This document shows positions 48,223-57,752 of a stretch of DNA of 64,000 bases, piece after piece. A model generated the notes under the pieces. The model had not been told where the DNA came from. It ran no database searches and was given only the letters and a program-made list of their open reading frames with translations. Location: assembly GCA_965198235.1 (NCBI GenBank), contig OZ240248.1, forward strand, positions 288,001 through 352,000. The letters are read 5' to 3'. Position 1 is the first letter of the stretch. Each line of letters begins with the position of its first letter. The translations under genes and the position numbers were made by a program. Source of the DNA: Candidatus Poribacteria bacterium (GTDB lineage: Bacteria; Poribacteria; WGA-4E; WGA-3G).

Positions 48223-48651
48223 TCAGGAAGAAGATTCTGACTCAATCTTGCTGGTGATAAAACGAACGACTTCCTCAGGGGAGTGTTTTCCGAATCGGAC
48301 GTAAACACCACGGAAGTTTTCAAGGCGTGTCGGATGAGCAAACGGGCTGAGCAGCACTCCGTTCGCGTCAACGTAAAAACTGCGAAATGTATCCCAGGGC
48401 CGCTCCAGCCTATAGCAGCAACTTGTGATAATCAGCTTATCTGCTTCACAGTGGTGGTGAAACGGGAGAAAATATTTATAGAGCGATCCGAGCAGAAAAG
48501 TGGCGGACAGCAGAGCGATGTAAATTGATTGGAAACCCCAATAGATGCCGATTAAAAGAAGGGTTAGAAAAACCCCTAATAAGATGGACTTGCGCCAATT
48601 TTCAACGAGTGGATGTACTGTCCATGAAAGCGTTGTAGGCGCGTCTGCCAT
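48223..48651 (-). CDS. Small two-TM membrane protein with PH-like C-terminal domain
   Basis: LSWTVHP, two TM helices, GVLLSPF..RLENFRG. Confidence 0.7.
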   Translation of the reverse strand: MADAPTTLSWTVHPLVENWRKSILLGVFLTLLLIGIYWGFQSIYIALLSATFLLGSLYKYFLPFHHHCEADKLIITSCCYRLERPWDTFRSFYVDANGVLLSPFAHPTRLENFRGVYVRFGKHSPEEVVRFITSKIESESSS

Positions 48652-48697
48652 ATCAGGATCCTTCTTTATTAGCGGTCGGCTTTTCCTGCTGACGACT

Positions 48698-48751
48698 TTA
48701 ACCATCAACTCACACATTGATAGAAGTGTTAAGGCACGAGTTGATGGTTAA
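48698..48751 (-). repeat. 54-bp palindromic element (TTAACCATCAACTC ends)
   Basis: Inverted copy of 46005-46057. Confidence 0.8.
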
Positions 48752-48799
48752 AACTATTCTGCTAATGACCCACAACTGACAACTCTTACAAACGAAAAC

Positions 48800-48887
48800 C
48801 AAGCCTGAAATGAAATGGAAGGCGACTCGTACACAAAAACATCAAATAATCAGACACCTATACTTATCCGCAAGGTAAAATTAAAAA
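48800..48887 (+). repeat. E2 repeat abutting the secG stop codon
   Basis: CAAGCCTGAAATGAAATGGAAGGCGACTC ... CCGCAAGGTAAAATTAAAAA. Confidence 0.75.
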
Positions 48888-49307
48888 CTATTCTGTGCTG
48901 TCTGTACCACCACTGTCAAGTTCCGTCTTTGATGCGTCGTCAGCAGCGTCTCCACTGCCGCCATCTGTAGTCGTTTCAACGCTTCCTTCGTCTGTGGTGT
49001 CAACAGGTTCGGTTGTGGCTTCCTGTGTTGTTTCCTGCTCGAGCGGTGTGAGTGCCCCGCCGCCATCTTCGCCATAGAAACGCATCAGGAACAGGGAGAT
49101 AACCATGAACCCGATAGCAAGCCACGTCGTTAGTTTACTAAGGAAGGTCGCGGCACCGCGCCCTCCGAGAACAGACTGCATTTCCGCGCCACCAAATGCG
49201 CTTGATGAGAGCCCTTCACCCTTGCTGTCCTGTAACAAAATAATCAGCGTCAAGACGACGCAGACCGGCACGAAGATAAACACTACAAAACCGATAATAA
49301 TTTCCAT
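48888..49307 (-). CDS. secG: Preprotein translocase subunit SecG
   Basis: ILLQDSKGEGLSSSAFGG, FLSKLT; downstream of tpiA. Confidence 0.9.
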   Translation of the reverse strand: MEIIIGFVVFIFVPVCVVLTLIILLQDSKGEGLSSSAFGGAEMQSVLGGRGAATFLSKLTTWLAIGFMVISLFLMRFYGEDGGGALTPLEQETTQEATTEPVDTTDEGSVETTTDGGSGDAADDASKTELDSGGTDSTE

Positions 49308-49341
49308 CTGAGGGTTTCCTCCTATTAAAAATGGCTGTCGG

Positions 49342-50097
49342 CTATTCTGCATTTTTCACGATTTGTGCGAACGATTCCGCCTCAAGACTTGCGCCGCCAA
49401 CGAGTGCACCGTCTACATCGGGCTGCGCCATGAGTTCCGCTGCATTCTCCGGTTTAACGCTGCCACCGTATTGAATACATATCTGCGACGCGACTTCTGC
49501 CGAGTGCCCGTTCGTTAGCAAGCCTCGAATAAAGTTATGGACTTCCTGTGCTTGGGCAGGCGTGGCTGTCTTCCCAGTGCCGATAGCCCAAACCGGTTCA
49601 TAAGCGATGACGCAGGACGAAAGGTCAGCGGCGGATAAGCCAGCAATGCCGCCCGTAACGTGGCTCTTAATCACTGCTTCTGTTTGTCCAGCTTCCCGTT
49701 CTTCGAGTTGCTCACCGACGCAGATAATTGGCTTTAAGCCGTGCGCTAACGCCGCTTTCACTTTTTGGTTGACGCTGTCATTCGTCTCACCGAAATATTG
49801 GCGCCGTTCCGAATGCCCGATAATGACGTAATCACACCCGGTATCTTTCAGCATTGGCGCGGAGACTTCGCCGGTAAATGCCCCGCCATCCTCCCAATAG
49901 ACATCTTGAGCGGCGAGACGAATGTTGCTGCCCCCTATGGCATCACTGACAGCGGAGAGCGCAGTAAACGGCGGTGCAACGATGACTTCAACGCCGGTGG
50001 CATCCGCAACTAATGCTTTTAACGCCGTTGTGAGCGCGACCGCCTCTGAAATCGTTTTGTTCAGTTTCCAATTTCCCGCAATGATAGGTATTCGCAT
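49342..50097 (-). CDS. tpiA: Triose-phosphate isomerase
   Basis: [34 protein letters not shown]. Confidence 0.98.
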   Translation of the reverse strand: MRIPIIAGNWKLNKTISEAVALTTALKALVADATGVEVIVAPPFTALSAVSDAIGGSNIRLAAQDVYWEDGGAFTGEVSAPMLKDTGCDYVIIGHSERRQYFGETNDSVNQKVKAALAHGLKPIICVGEQLEEREAGQTEAVIKSHVTGGIAGLSAADLSSCVIAYEPVWAIGTGKTATPAQAQEVHNFIRGLLTNGHSAEVASQICIQYGGSVKPENAAELMAQPDVDGALVGGASLEAESFAQIVKNAE

Positions 50098-50270
50098 ATT
50101 TTTAACTATTTTTTAAACTATTAACTTTGGTTAATTCCAACCCGTCCCAGGGGTTCAGAGGGTTTTGACTTCACCGGCAACCATTGTGGAACGAAATTTT
50201 GCCCACACGCGGCAAAATTTGTCTTTGCTTTACATTTGGAACAATGCCCAGATTTCCATAGTTAAAAAAG
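50098..50270. mobile_element. Repeat mosaic with TTTTTAACTAT/ATAGTTAAAAA inverted ends and filled hairpin core
   Basis: CATTGT-GGAACGAAAT-[40-bp insert 50198-50237]-GGA-ACAATG; homologous to 51391-51586. Confidence 0.75.
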
Positions 50271-50367
50271 CAGCAGGACATTCTCACCGCGAAGCAGACG
50301 CACTGCGGATTTTACCGAGGCATCCCTCTGCCAAGGCGTTCCGACGGCTCCCGTTAGGGAAACCAGA

Positions 50368-51372
50368 TTAAAAAACCTGGGCAACGAGCTCAACGAGACG
50401 GTTGGAGTAGCCCCACTCGTTATCATACCATGAAAGGACTTTAATCAACCCATCATCAATCACTTTGGTGAAGGGAGCGTCGAGAACGGAGGAGAGTTTG
50501 TTCCCGTTGAAATCCGATGAAACGAGGTCGAGTTCGGAATAGCCGAGAATCCCGTCCAAATTGCCTTCTGCTGCTTCTTTCAGTGCTGCGTTGACCGCTT
50601 CGGCACTCGGTCTCTGCTTGAGATCGACGGTGAGATCGACGACGGAGACGTTCGGTGTCGGTACACGGATTGCGAATCCATCCAGTTTGCCGTTCAATTC
50701 TGGCAGGACTTTTCCAACTGCGACAGCGGCACCAGTTGTCGTCGGAATCATCGAGAGCGTTGCTGCCCGTGCGCGGCGCATGTCGGAGTGCGGGAAATCA
50801 TGAATCCGCTGGTCGCCGGTGTAGGCATGGACGGTTGTCATTAAGCCGCTCTCAATTCCAAACTCTTCATGCAGTACCTTTGCAACGGGTGCAAGGCAGT
50901 TCGTCGTACACGAGGCATTAGAAATGACATGATGTTCTGCTTTGTCATATTTATCGTCATTGACACCGATCACAATCGTGATGTCCTCACCCTTCGCGGG
51001 GGCGGAGATGACCACTTTTTTCGCACCACCGGCGGTGATATGTTTTTCAGCGTCTTCCCGCTCTGTAAAGAAACCGGTGGATTCGATAACGACATCCGCA
51101 CCGAGTTCACCCCACGGTAGATTGCCGGGATCTCGTTCGGCGAGAACCTGTATCTCTTTCCCGTTTACCACCAATCCGTTTTCTGTGGCAGTGATGTCAT
51201 CGGACAAGATGCCGTGAATGGAGTCGTACTGGAGAAGGTGTGCGAGTGTCTCCGGGCTCGTTAAATCGTTGATAGCCACGAAGTCTATATCTAACGCGGG
51301 GTTCTGCAATGCCGCTCGAAAAGCGTTCCTACCGATCCGACCAAAACCATTAATACCTACTTTAGTTGACAT
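50368..51372 (-). CDS. gap: Type I glyceraldehyde-3-phosphate dehydrogenase
   Basis: [29 protein letters not shown]. Confidence 0.98.
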   Translation of the reverse strand: MSTKVGINGFGRIGRNAFRAALQNPALDIDFVAINDLTSPETLAHLLQYDSIHGILSDDITATENGLVVNGKEIQVLAERDPGNLPWGELGADVVIESTGFFTEREDAEKHITAGGAKKVVISAPAKGEDITIVIGVNDDKYDKAEHHVISNASCTTNCLAPVAKVLHEEFGIESGLMTTVHAYTGDQRIHDFPHSDMRRARAATLSMIPTTTGAAVAVGKVLPELNGKLDGFAIRVPTPNVSVVDLTVDLKQRPSAEAVNAALKEAAEGNLDGILGYSELDLVSSDFNGNKLSSVLDAPFTKVIDDGLIKVLSWYDNEWGYSNRLVELVAQVF

Positions 51373-51390
51373 AGGACAAATAAATTCCTT

Positions 51391-51586
51391 TTTTTAAACT
51401 ATTAACTCTGAGCATCCTTCCACTACATTTTACGATGGTTGTCGGTACAGTTAGAAACCTTTTGAAACCTAAAACAGGCTCATAACTTAGATGAAAACCG
51501 TTGCAGAATGAAATTATGCCTTAAATGGCATAATTTGTCTTTGCTTTACATTTGGAGCAACGCCCAGATTCCCATAGTTAGAAAAT
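51391..51586. mobile_element. Repeat mosaic with inverted ends and filled hairpin core
   Basis: CGTTGC-AGAATGAAAT-[39-bp insert 51515-51553, identical to 1807-1845]-GGA-GCAACG. Confidence 0.78.
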
Positions 51587-51819
51587 CCTTTGTAAATATT
51601 GTGCCGTTACAGGGCTTTCATTTAACAGCAAGTTTTAGAAACCTGCAAGCCACATTGACAGAAACGAACATGCGGGGCTATTCACAATAGGCTTGCAAGC
51701 GATGCCCCTTGATTTGCTATTATCTAAGTTTCACGATTTACGTCTTTTTAATTATACCCCAAAGTGTAGTAAATTGCAAGTGCGTTGTTAAGTCCATAGC
51801 CGTTCTGAAGCAATTTGAC

Positions 51820-51848
51820 TTGACAATTCGGGCGGTTTCAGATACCCT
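51820..51848 (+). promoter_or_regulatory. Putative promoter 6 bp before the ATG (leaderless configuration)
   Basis: TTGACA-17-TACCCT-6-ATG, no SD. Confidence 0.4.
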
Positions 51849-51854
51849 ATTGGT

Positions 51855-52676
51855 ATGTCAACAAACACCCCCAAAAATGCGATTCAACCGACCGGAAGTT
51901 TCCGTGCCATTCCTGTTGCAGTGCCAAAGAATCTCACTAATGTTCGGATCATCCTCTCTGAACCGCGTGAGCCGGGGAACATCGGCTCCGTCGCCAGAGT
52001 TGTAAAGGGGATGGGACTCTCGCAACTCTATTTGGTGAACCCTGTCCCGTTTCGTGAGGTCGATGCGGCGTGGTACATGGCACATGGCGCGAAGGATATT
52101 CTTGAAAATTGCCACGTCGTTCCCGAACTGAAAAACGCACTCGATGGTGTCCAGTACCTGGTAGGGACAACGCACCGTCGTCGTGATGTGCGCCTACCGC
52201 AGCCTGTACCTGCACGGGAAGCCGCAGAGACGATCGCTACAATTTCGCAGGACAAACCGGTCGCGCTGCTGTTTGGACGTGAAGACTTCGGCTTGTCTAC
52301 CCATCAGATGAGTCTTTGCCAGTTGACTGCAAGCGTTCCGATGGCTACAAAAAACCCGTCTCTGAATTTGGCACAGGCAGTCCAAATTTTCGCTTATGAG
52401 GTCTTCATTGCAAGCCTTGGCGAGTACCCTCCCTCCGAGATCGATTATGCCGAAGTGAACGCATTGGAAGAGTTCTACGGGCGTGTGACTCGGTTGTTGG
52501 ATAAGGTAGGGGTGTCGCCGTATAACCGAGACTGGGAGACGTATCTGAAGTCGTTGCGGCGTGTCTTCTCCCGTGCCCCTTTAGAAGCACGCGACATCGC
52601 TACGCTGGACATAATTTTCTCTACGACGTTTCGGCACATTGAGCGGCTTGAGAAGAAATTAGAACCTACGCAATAA
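51855..52676 (+). CDS. trmJ: TrmJ/LasT family SPOUT RNA methyltransferase
   Basis: PGNIGSVAR, LLFGREDFGL, PSLNLAQAV. Confidence 0.88.
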   Translation: MSTNTPKNAIQPTGSFRAIPVAVPKNLTNVRIILSEPREPGNIGSVARVVKGMGLSQLYLVNPVPFREVDAAWYMAHGAKDILENCHVVPELKNALDGVQYLVGTTHRRRDVRLPQPVPAREAAETIATISQDKPVALLFGREDFGLSTHQMSLCQLTASVPMATKNPSLNLAQAVQIFAYEVFIASLGEYPPSEIDYAEVNALEEFYGRVTRLLDKVGVSPYNRDWETYLKSLRRVFSRAPLEARDIATLDIIFSTTFRHIERLEKKLEPTQ

Positions 52677-52725
52677 ATTGGCTCGTGGTATAATATCCTA
52701 ACCTTTGGACAATGTGTGGGAGGGG

Positions 52726-52794
52726 TGTTTTTGCTGGGGGTGTTTTTGCTTGGGTATTTCTGCGTATTGATAGGGTGTTTCCTCTGCAGATTTC
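52726..52794 (-). repeat. Stacked partial copies of R3 repeat
   Basis: R3 = AAATCCGCAGAAATACCCAAGCAAAAAC; also at 14021-14047, 16952-16994, 63792-63820. Confidence 0.75.
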
Positions 52795-52816
52795 CCCGAT
52801 TGTTATAGAGGAAAAG

Positions 52817-54424
52817 ATGAAAACATTTGGCACCTATGGTCCTGTAAATCCTGAAGATAATTACGTCGTCTCACGCACTGAGGAACTCGCTGATTTCATC
52901 AAACGCGTCAAACTCGGACGTTACATCGTTATCTTCGCGCCCCGACAGACAGGCAAAACTACGTTTTTCCAATGGGCACTTGATGCACTCGCCACCGATA
53001 CCACAGAAACCTACTTCCCCATTGAACTCAATTTTGAGGTATATGAAGATTGTACTGCCTCCGATTTTTACAGCTCTCTCTACCAAAGAATTTGTAGGGA
53101 AATTGCGAGCGTCTTCCGAAAACGCCAACGCTTGCCTTCCGAAGCTTTGAGTCAGTTCTTGGAGAATACACGCTTAACTGGTCACGTGGTGATGATGGAA
53201 TTCTTTGAACAACTTGGGGAGTTTCTAGCAGATGAGAAGCTTGTCCTCATCATTGACGAGTTTGATGGCATTCCCCGCGAGGCCGTGCGGGGTTTCCTGC
53301 ATGCCCTCCGTAACATCTATGTCCAGCGTTCTATGCGGAAATGCCCCTACAGCGTCGGTATTGTAGGCGTTAAGAACATCGCGCAGCTCAATTTAGACCG
53401 CTCTATTTCGCCTTTCAATATCCAAGACGAGTTCACCTTACCTAACTTCACCCTTGCGCAGGTCCGCGAGCTTCTTGAACAATATACGGATGAAGTCGGC
53501 CAAGCCTTCACGCCTGAAGTCATTGAGAATATCCATAGACAGACCGCCGGACAGCCGTTCCTCGTCAATCGGTTCGCGCAAATTCTCACTGAGGAGATGA
53601 ACATTCCAAAAACCGAGACAATTGCAATGATGCACTTTTCAAAAGCGCACGCAGAAATTCTTGAAGAAAATAACACCAACCTTACACATCTGGTAACGAA
53701 TATTCGTCGGGATCCGCGCTTTAAAAACCTTCTGATGGAAATCGTTTCTTACGAGAGAGGCGTACGCTTCAATCTACACCAGGAACTCATCAGTGAACTC
53801 GCCACTTACGGTGTAATCGCAAGAGGGGGTGATGACCGCTGTGAAATCGTCAACCCGATTTATCACTATTGTATCCTACAGACATTCAAACCCATAGTGA
53901 ACGGGTTAGAAAAAGATTACCTTCCTGAAGATGCCGATTTTCTCGACTACCTCACGCCCACAGGGCAGATTAATATGGAACGCCTCCTTGACAACTTCCG
54001 AGATTTCATCGCACGCGTAGGATTTCGGATACTCCAAGTCCCAGAAACACCAAAAGAGTATGTCGGCCAAGACCTTCTCTACGCTTATCTCGATCAGTTT
54101 GTCAGTCTGATTCGTGGTGTCATGTATCTTGAGGTTCAAACAGGACGTGGCAGGATGGACCTCGTTATCTTCCACAACGCCCAAAAATATATCGTCGAAA
54201 CAAAGATTTGGGAGGGCAATCGACGCTATGAAACCGGTAAGAAACAACTCGCAGCATATCTCAAACTTGAAGGAGCGAGCGAAGGATACTACGTCATCTT
54301 CGATCACCGCAACACCCCGGAACCGCGTGTAGAAACAGAGACAATAGACGGTTTGACAATCCGAAGTTACATCATTCCTGTCGTCCAAGAAGTCCCTTCA
54401 CAACAGATACAGGATTCTACTTGA
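52817..54424 (+). CDS. AAA-like ATPase with C-terminal PD-(D/E)XK nuclease-like domain
   Basis: APRQTGKTT, LIIDEFD, SPFNI, GQPFLV; C-terminal GRMDL..IVETK..QLAAY. Confidence 0.82.
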   Translation: MKTFGTYGPVNPEDNYVVSRTEELADFIKRVKLGRYIVIFAPRQTGKTTFFQWALDALATDTTETYFPIELNFEVYEDCTASDFYSSLYQRICREIASVFRKRQRLPSEALSQFLENTRLTGHVVMMEFFEQLGEFLADEKLVLIIDEFDGIPREAVRGFLHALRNIYVQRSMRKCPYSVGIVGVKNIAQLNLDRSISPFNIQDEFTLPNFTLAQVRELLEQYTDEVGQAFTPEVIENIHRQTAGQPFLVNRFAQILTEEMNIPKTETIAMMHFSKAHAEILEENNTNLTHLVTNIRRDPRFKNLLMEIVSYERGVRFNLHQELISELATYGVIARGGDDRCEIVNPIYHYCILQTFKPIVNGLEKDYLPEDADFLDYLTPTGQINMERLLDNFRDFIARVGFRILQVPETPKEYVGQDLLYAYLDQFVSLIRGVMYLEVQTGRGRMDLVIFHNAQKYIVETKIWEGNRRYETGKKQLAAYLKLEGASEGYYVIFDHRNTPEPRVETETIDGLTIRSYIIPVVQEVPSQQIQDST

Positions 54425-54508
54425 AATTCTGGGATGGACTGATGTATCATATATGTAGAGAACCTGAGTAGTCCTGTAATGACGAAACGTTTATAGCGTA
54501 GGCAAAAA

Positions 54509-57500
54509 ATGCGATACATCAAGCCCATCGTTTGGCTCATCTTTATCTTCTCCGGTGCCAGTGGACTCATCTATGAAGTCATCTGGATGCGGCAGCTCAC
54601 GCTCATCTTCGGGAGCACTATTTTCGCAACGAGTACCGTCCTGACGGCGTTTATGGCAGGACTTGCACTCGGCAGCTACTACTTCGGTAGGAAGATTGAC
54701 GAAAGCACACAGTCTCCGCTGCGACTCTACGCGCTTCTGGAAGCCGGCATCGGTGCGTTCTGCCTTGTTTGGCCCCTCATTTTAGCGGCACTTAGCGCGA
54801 TCTATGTGCTAATTCATCGAAACGTCACATCAGAATTCTATACCCTCTCACTTATTCGGTTCATGTTGACGTTCGGGGTCCTATTAATTCCTTCCACGTT
54901 GATGGGCGGCACACTACCGGTATTAACCCGATTTTTTGTAAAAAGGCTGGAACAACTCGGCACGAACATCGGAATCCTGTATGCGTTGAACACTTTCGGT
55001 GCCGTTGTCGGAACCGTGGCGGCAGGTTTTTTCCTGATCGAGGCGTTGGGCATTCGATGGACGCTCGGTGTCGGTATCACTATCAATTTCGGTGTAGCAG
55101 CGGTCGCATTAGCGTTAACACAGAAGGTATCAGGAACAGAAGCGGATGCCCCCCGTGAAGAGATACAACAAGCGGAATCTGAAGATGTCTCTTATCTACC
55201 TGAAAAGCGTTTGGTGCTATGGGCGATAGGTGTCTCTGGGTTTTGTGCTTTGGCGTATGAGGTGTTGTGGACCCGTATCATGGTCTTCTTCCTTGGGAGC
55301 ACGACGTATGCATTTGCGACGATGCTTGCGGCGTTCCTGTTCGGCATCGCGCTGGGGAGCATGGTGTTTTCGCGCTGGGTCGACCGGATTAAACAACCTA
55401 TCGCAGTTTTCGGCATCGTTCAACTCGGCATTGGGCTCCTCGCGCTGATTTTGATGCCGGCGTTTGAGGAGTTGTACGGGATGAGCCAAGCGTTCCAATC
55501 TACCTTCGGTGGGAGCAGATTCTGGGCGTTCTTCTCCTGTTTTCTTGTGATGTGTTTGCCGACGTTTTTGATGGGCGCGAGTTTTCCACTCGTGACGAAG
55601 ATTTACACCGGCAGCGCACGCCAATTGGGTAGGAGTATCGGAAACGTCTATGCAGTCAACACCGTTGGAAGCATTTTAGGCGCGTTTTGTGCAGGGTTTA
55701 TCCTGATTCCGCTTTTGGGCATTCGACCGAGTATCGTGCTGACGGTAGTTTTGAACACGGGCATCGGGTGTCTGCTTGTTTTGAGAAGCGGACGACTCAC
55801 TGAAACAGGAAAATCGCTCCTACAAGGAGTAGGCGTGGGGATACCGGTTCTCAATGCTGGGTTGGCTGTGATTCTTTTGCTTACGGTGAATCAACCGCTT
55901 TTTCTCAAGAGTACTATTTTCAAAACGCAACGCCCTGGCGATACGCTCATTGATTACAATGAGGAGGTGGATGCAACGGTAACCACGTTAAAAGATGATG
56001 AAGGGATCTACCGTCTCTATGTAGATACAAATCAGGCAGCGGATGCCTCGCGTTGGGATTCACCTTCACATCGCGTTATTGCGCATCTACCGCTATTGTT
56101 GCACCCGCGTCCGAAACAGGCACTCGTTGTCGGGTTCGGCATGGGACTCACCTCACATTCGATAACGCAACACGGTATACGGGTTGATGCGATAGAGTTG
56201 TCCAGCGGCGTGATTTCCGCCGCACAAAAGCATTTCACGCACGTCAACGGAAATGTGTTTGAGAACCCGCGGTTTAATTATAGACTCAACGATGGACGAA
56301 ACCATATCCTGATGACGAAGACCAAATACGATATGATTTCGACCGGTATCATCCATCCGCTCGTCAGTGCCGGGAGTTCCAATATCTATACAGCGGACTT
56401 TTACCGTCTGTGTCGTCGGATTCTGAGCGAAAACGGGATCATGTGTCAGTGGGTGCCGTTGCATCGCTTACCGGAGGCGCATTATAAGATGATTGTGCGC
56501 ACCTTCATTGAAGTGTTTCCACATACGACACTCTGGTACAAATACACACCCGACTTTGTAATTCTCATCGGCACACATGAACCACTGCGAATTGATTATA
56601 AAAACTTCATGGCACGTGCACAGATCGCAAGTATCCGCGAAGGGCTTGCTGCCGATGACCTCGACGGTCCGTCGCTGCTCGATTCATTCATGATGGGACC
56701 TGAAGCTGTGCGCAAATACGCTGGCATTGGACCCATTCACACAGACAACCGTCCTCGATTAGAATTCTTCCGTGGGGCAGACTTGGTGGGGACAACGACG
56801 CAAAACGTTAAAGGGATGTCAGAATATCGGGAGCGGGTGCTGCCTTACCTGACAAACTATGGCGCGACACTCGCAGAGAAACGGGGCGTTCGAGAGAAAT
56901 TCGACACCTACTTCAGAGCCACGCAGCGGTTAATCCGTGGACAGATTGCTTACGCGAGTGGGCAGTACCAGAACGCTGCATCACTCATGAATGATGCTGT
57001 AGAACTCAATCCCGCTGACGAAACAATCCGCTATAACTTCGGAATCGTTGCGGGCTTAATTCGCGAGGGTGAGCAGGAGGAGCTCCGGCAGATTGAAAAG
57101 CAGGTGCAGCAGACGATGGCGCAAAATCCTGATGACCTTCAGGGACACCTCCATTTGGCAACGTTGTATGAGATGCAGGGTGAACTTGGAAAGGCAACGA
57201 GGGAGCTTGAGGAATTGCTCAGACGCGATCCTAAAAGATTTGAGGTCTATCTACTCTTGGGCCCCCTGTATGAACGCCAAGAACGTTACAAGGATGCCCT
57301 TCGGACTTACGAACAACTTGAGCAGCAGGAGACAACTTCGCAGCTGCCTGCGCCTATTTTCGCGGCAATGGCGCAACTACATCTGCAATTAGAAAATATG
57401 GAAGAAGCCGAACGATATGGAAAGAAAGGTATCGCTGCAGATGTCAATTCGTGGCGTTCCCACTATATACTTGGAAACGTTTACGCCGCCAAGAATCAGC

Positions 57501-57634
57501 GGCAGAAACAGATAGAGTCCTACAGCAACGCGCTGGAAGCACTTGATGAAATCGTCCGTGTCTCCGCAGATCCGAGTGATCTATTGAGTGCCAAAGAACA
57601 GATCCAGAAAGAACTTGAACAACTTAGAAAATAA
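54509..57634 (+). CDS. Fused MFS-like/spermidine synthase-like membrane protein with C-terminal TPRs
   Basis: SGASGLIYEVIW and SGFCALAYEVLW repeats, VVGFGMG, DGRNH, TDNRPRLEF, TPR helices. Confidence 0.85.
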   Translation: MRYIKPIVWLIFIFSGASGLIYEVIWMRQLTLIFGSTIFATSTVLTAFMAGLALGSYYFGRKIDESTQSPLRLYALLEAGIGAFCLVWPLILAALSAIYVLIHRNVTSEFYTLSLIRFMLTFGVLLIPSTLMGGTLPVLTRFFVKRLEQLGTNIGILYALNTFGAVVGTVAAGFFLIEALGIRWTLGVGITINFGVAAVALALTQKVSGTEADAPREEIQQAESEDVSYLPEKRLVLWAIGVSGFCALAYEVLWTRIMVFFLGSTTYAFATMLAAFLFGIALGSMVFSRWVDRIKQPIAVFGIVQLGIGLLALILMPAFEELYGMSQAFQSTFGGSRFWAFFSCFLVMCLPTFLMGASFPLVTKIYTGSARQLGRSIGNVYAVNTVGSILGAFCAGFILIPLLGIRPSIVLTVVLNTGIGCLLVLRSGRLTETGKSLLQGVGVGIPVLNAGLAVILLLTVNQPLFLKSTIFKTQRPGDTLIDYNEEVDATVTTLKDDEGIYRLYVDTNQAADASRWDSPSHRVIAHLPLLLHPRPKQALVVGFGMGLTSHSITQHGIRVDAIELSSGVISAAQKHFTHVNGNVFENPRFNYRLNDGRNHILMTKTKYDMISTGIIHPLVSAGSSNIYTADFYRLCRRILSENGIMCQWVPLHRLPEAHYKMIVRTFIEVFPHTTLWYKYTPDFVILIGTHEPLRIDYKNFMARAQIASIREGLAADDLDGPSLLDSFMMGPEAVRKYAGIGPIHTDNRPRLEFFRGADLVGTTTQNVKGMSEYRERVLPYLTNYGATLAEKRGVREKFDTYFRATQRLIRGQIAYASGQYQNAASLMNDAVELNPADETIRYNFGIVAGLIREGEQEELRQIEKQVQQTMAQNPDDLQGHLHLATLYEMQGELGKATRELEELLRRDPKRFEVYLLLGPLYERQERYKDALRTYEQLEQQETTSQLPAPIFAAMAQLHLQLENMEEAERYGKKGIAADVNSWRSHYILGNVYAAKNQRQKQIESYSNALEALDEIVRVSADPSDLLSAKEQIQKELEQLRK

Positions 57635-57663
57635 CATTTGTTTTTTTGAATTTCCAGGACGAG

Positions 57664-57752
57664 CAAGCCCGAAACGAAGTGGAGGGCGACTCTACGGAAA
57701 TAAACGTCAATGCGCTAACCCGCTTGACCGAACCGCAAGGAAAATTAGAAAA
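57664..57752 (+). repeat. E2 repeat abutting the aspS ATG
   Basis: CAAGCCCGAAACGAAGTGGAGGGCGACTC ... ACCGAACCGCAAGGAAAATTAGAAAA-ATG. Confidence 0.78.

Noticed and set aside
48223-48225. Selenocysteine or stop readthrough at TGA
   Set aside because: The downstream aldolase is in a different frame
51508-51690. ORF MKLCLKWHNLSLLYIW, also seen as an N-terminal extension at 1852
   Set aside because: It is a translation of the repeat insert; indels in other copies break the frame
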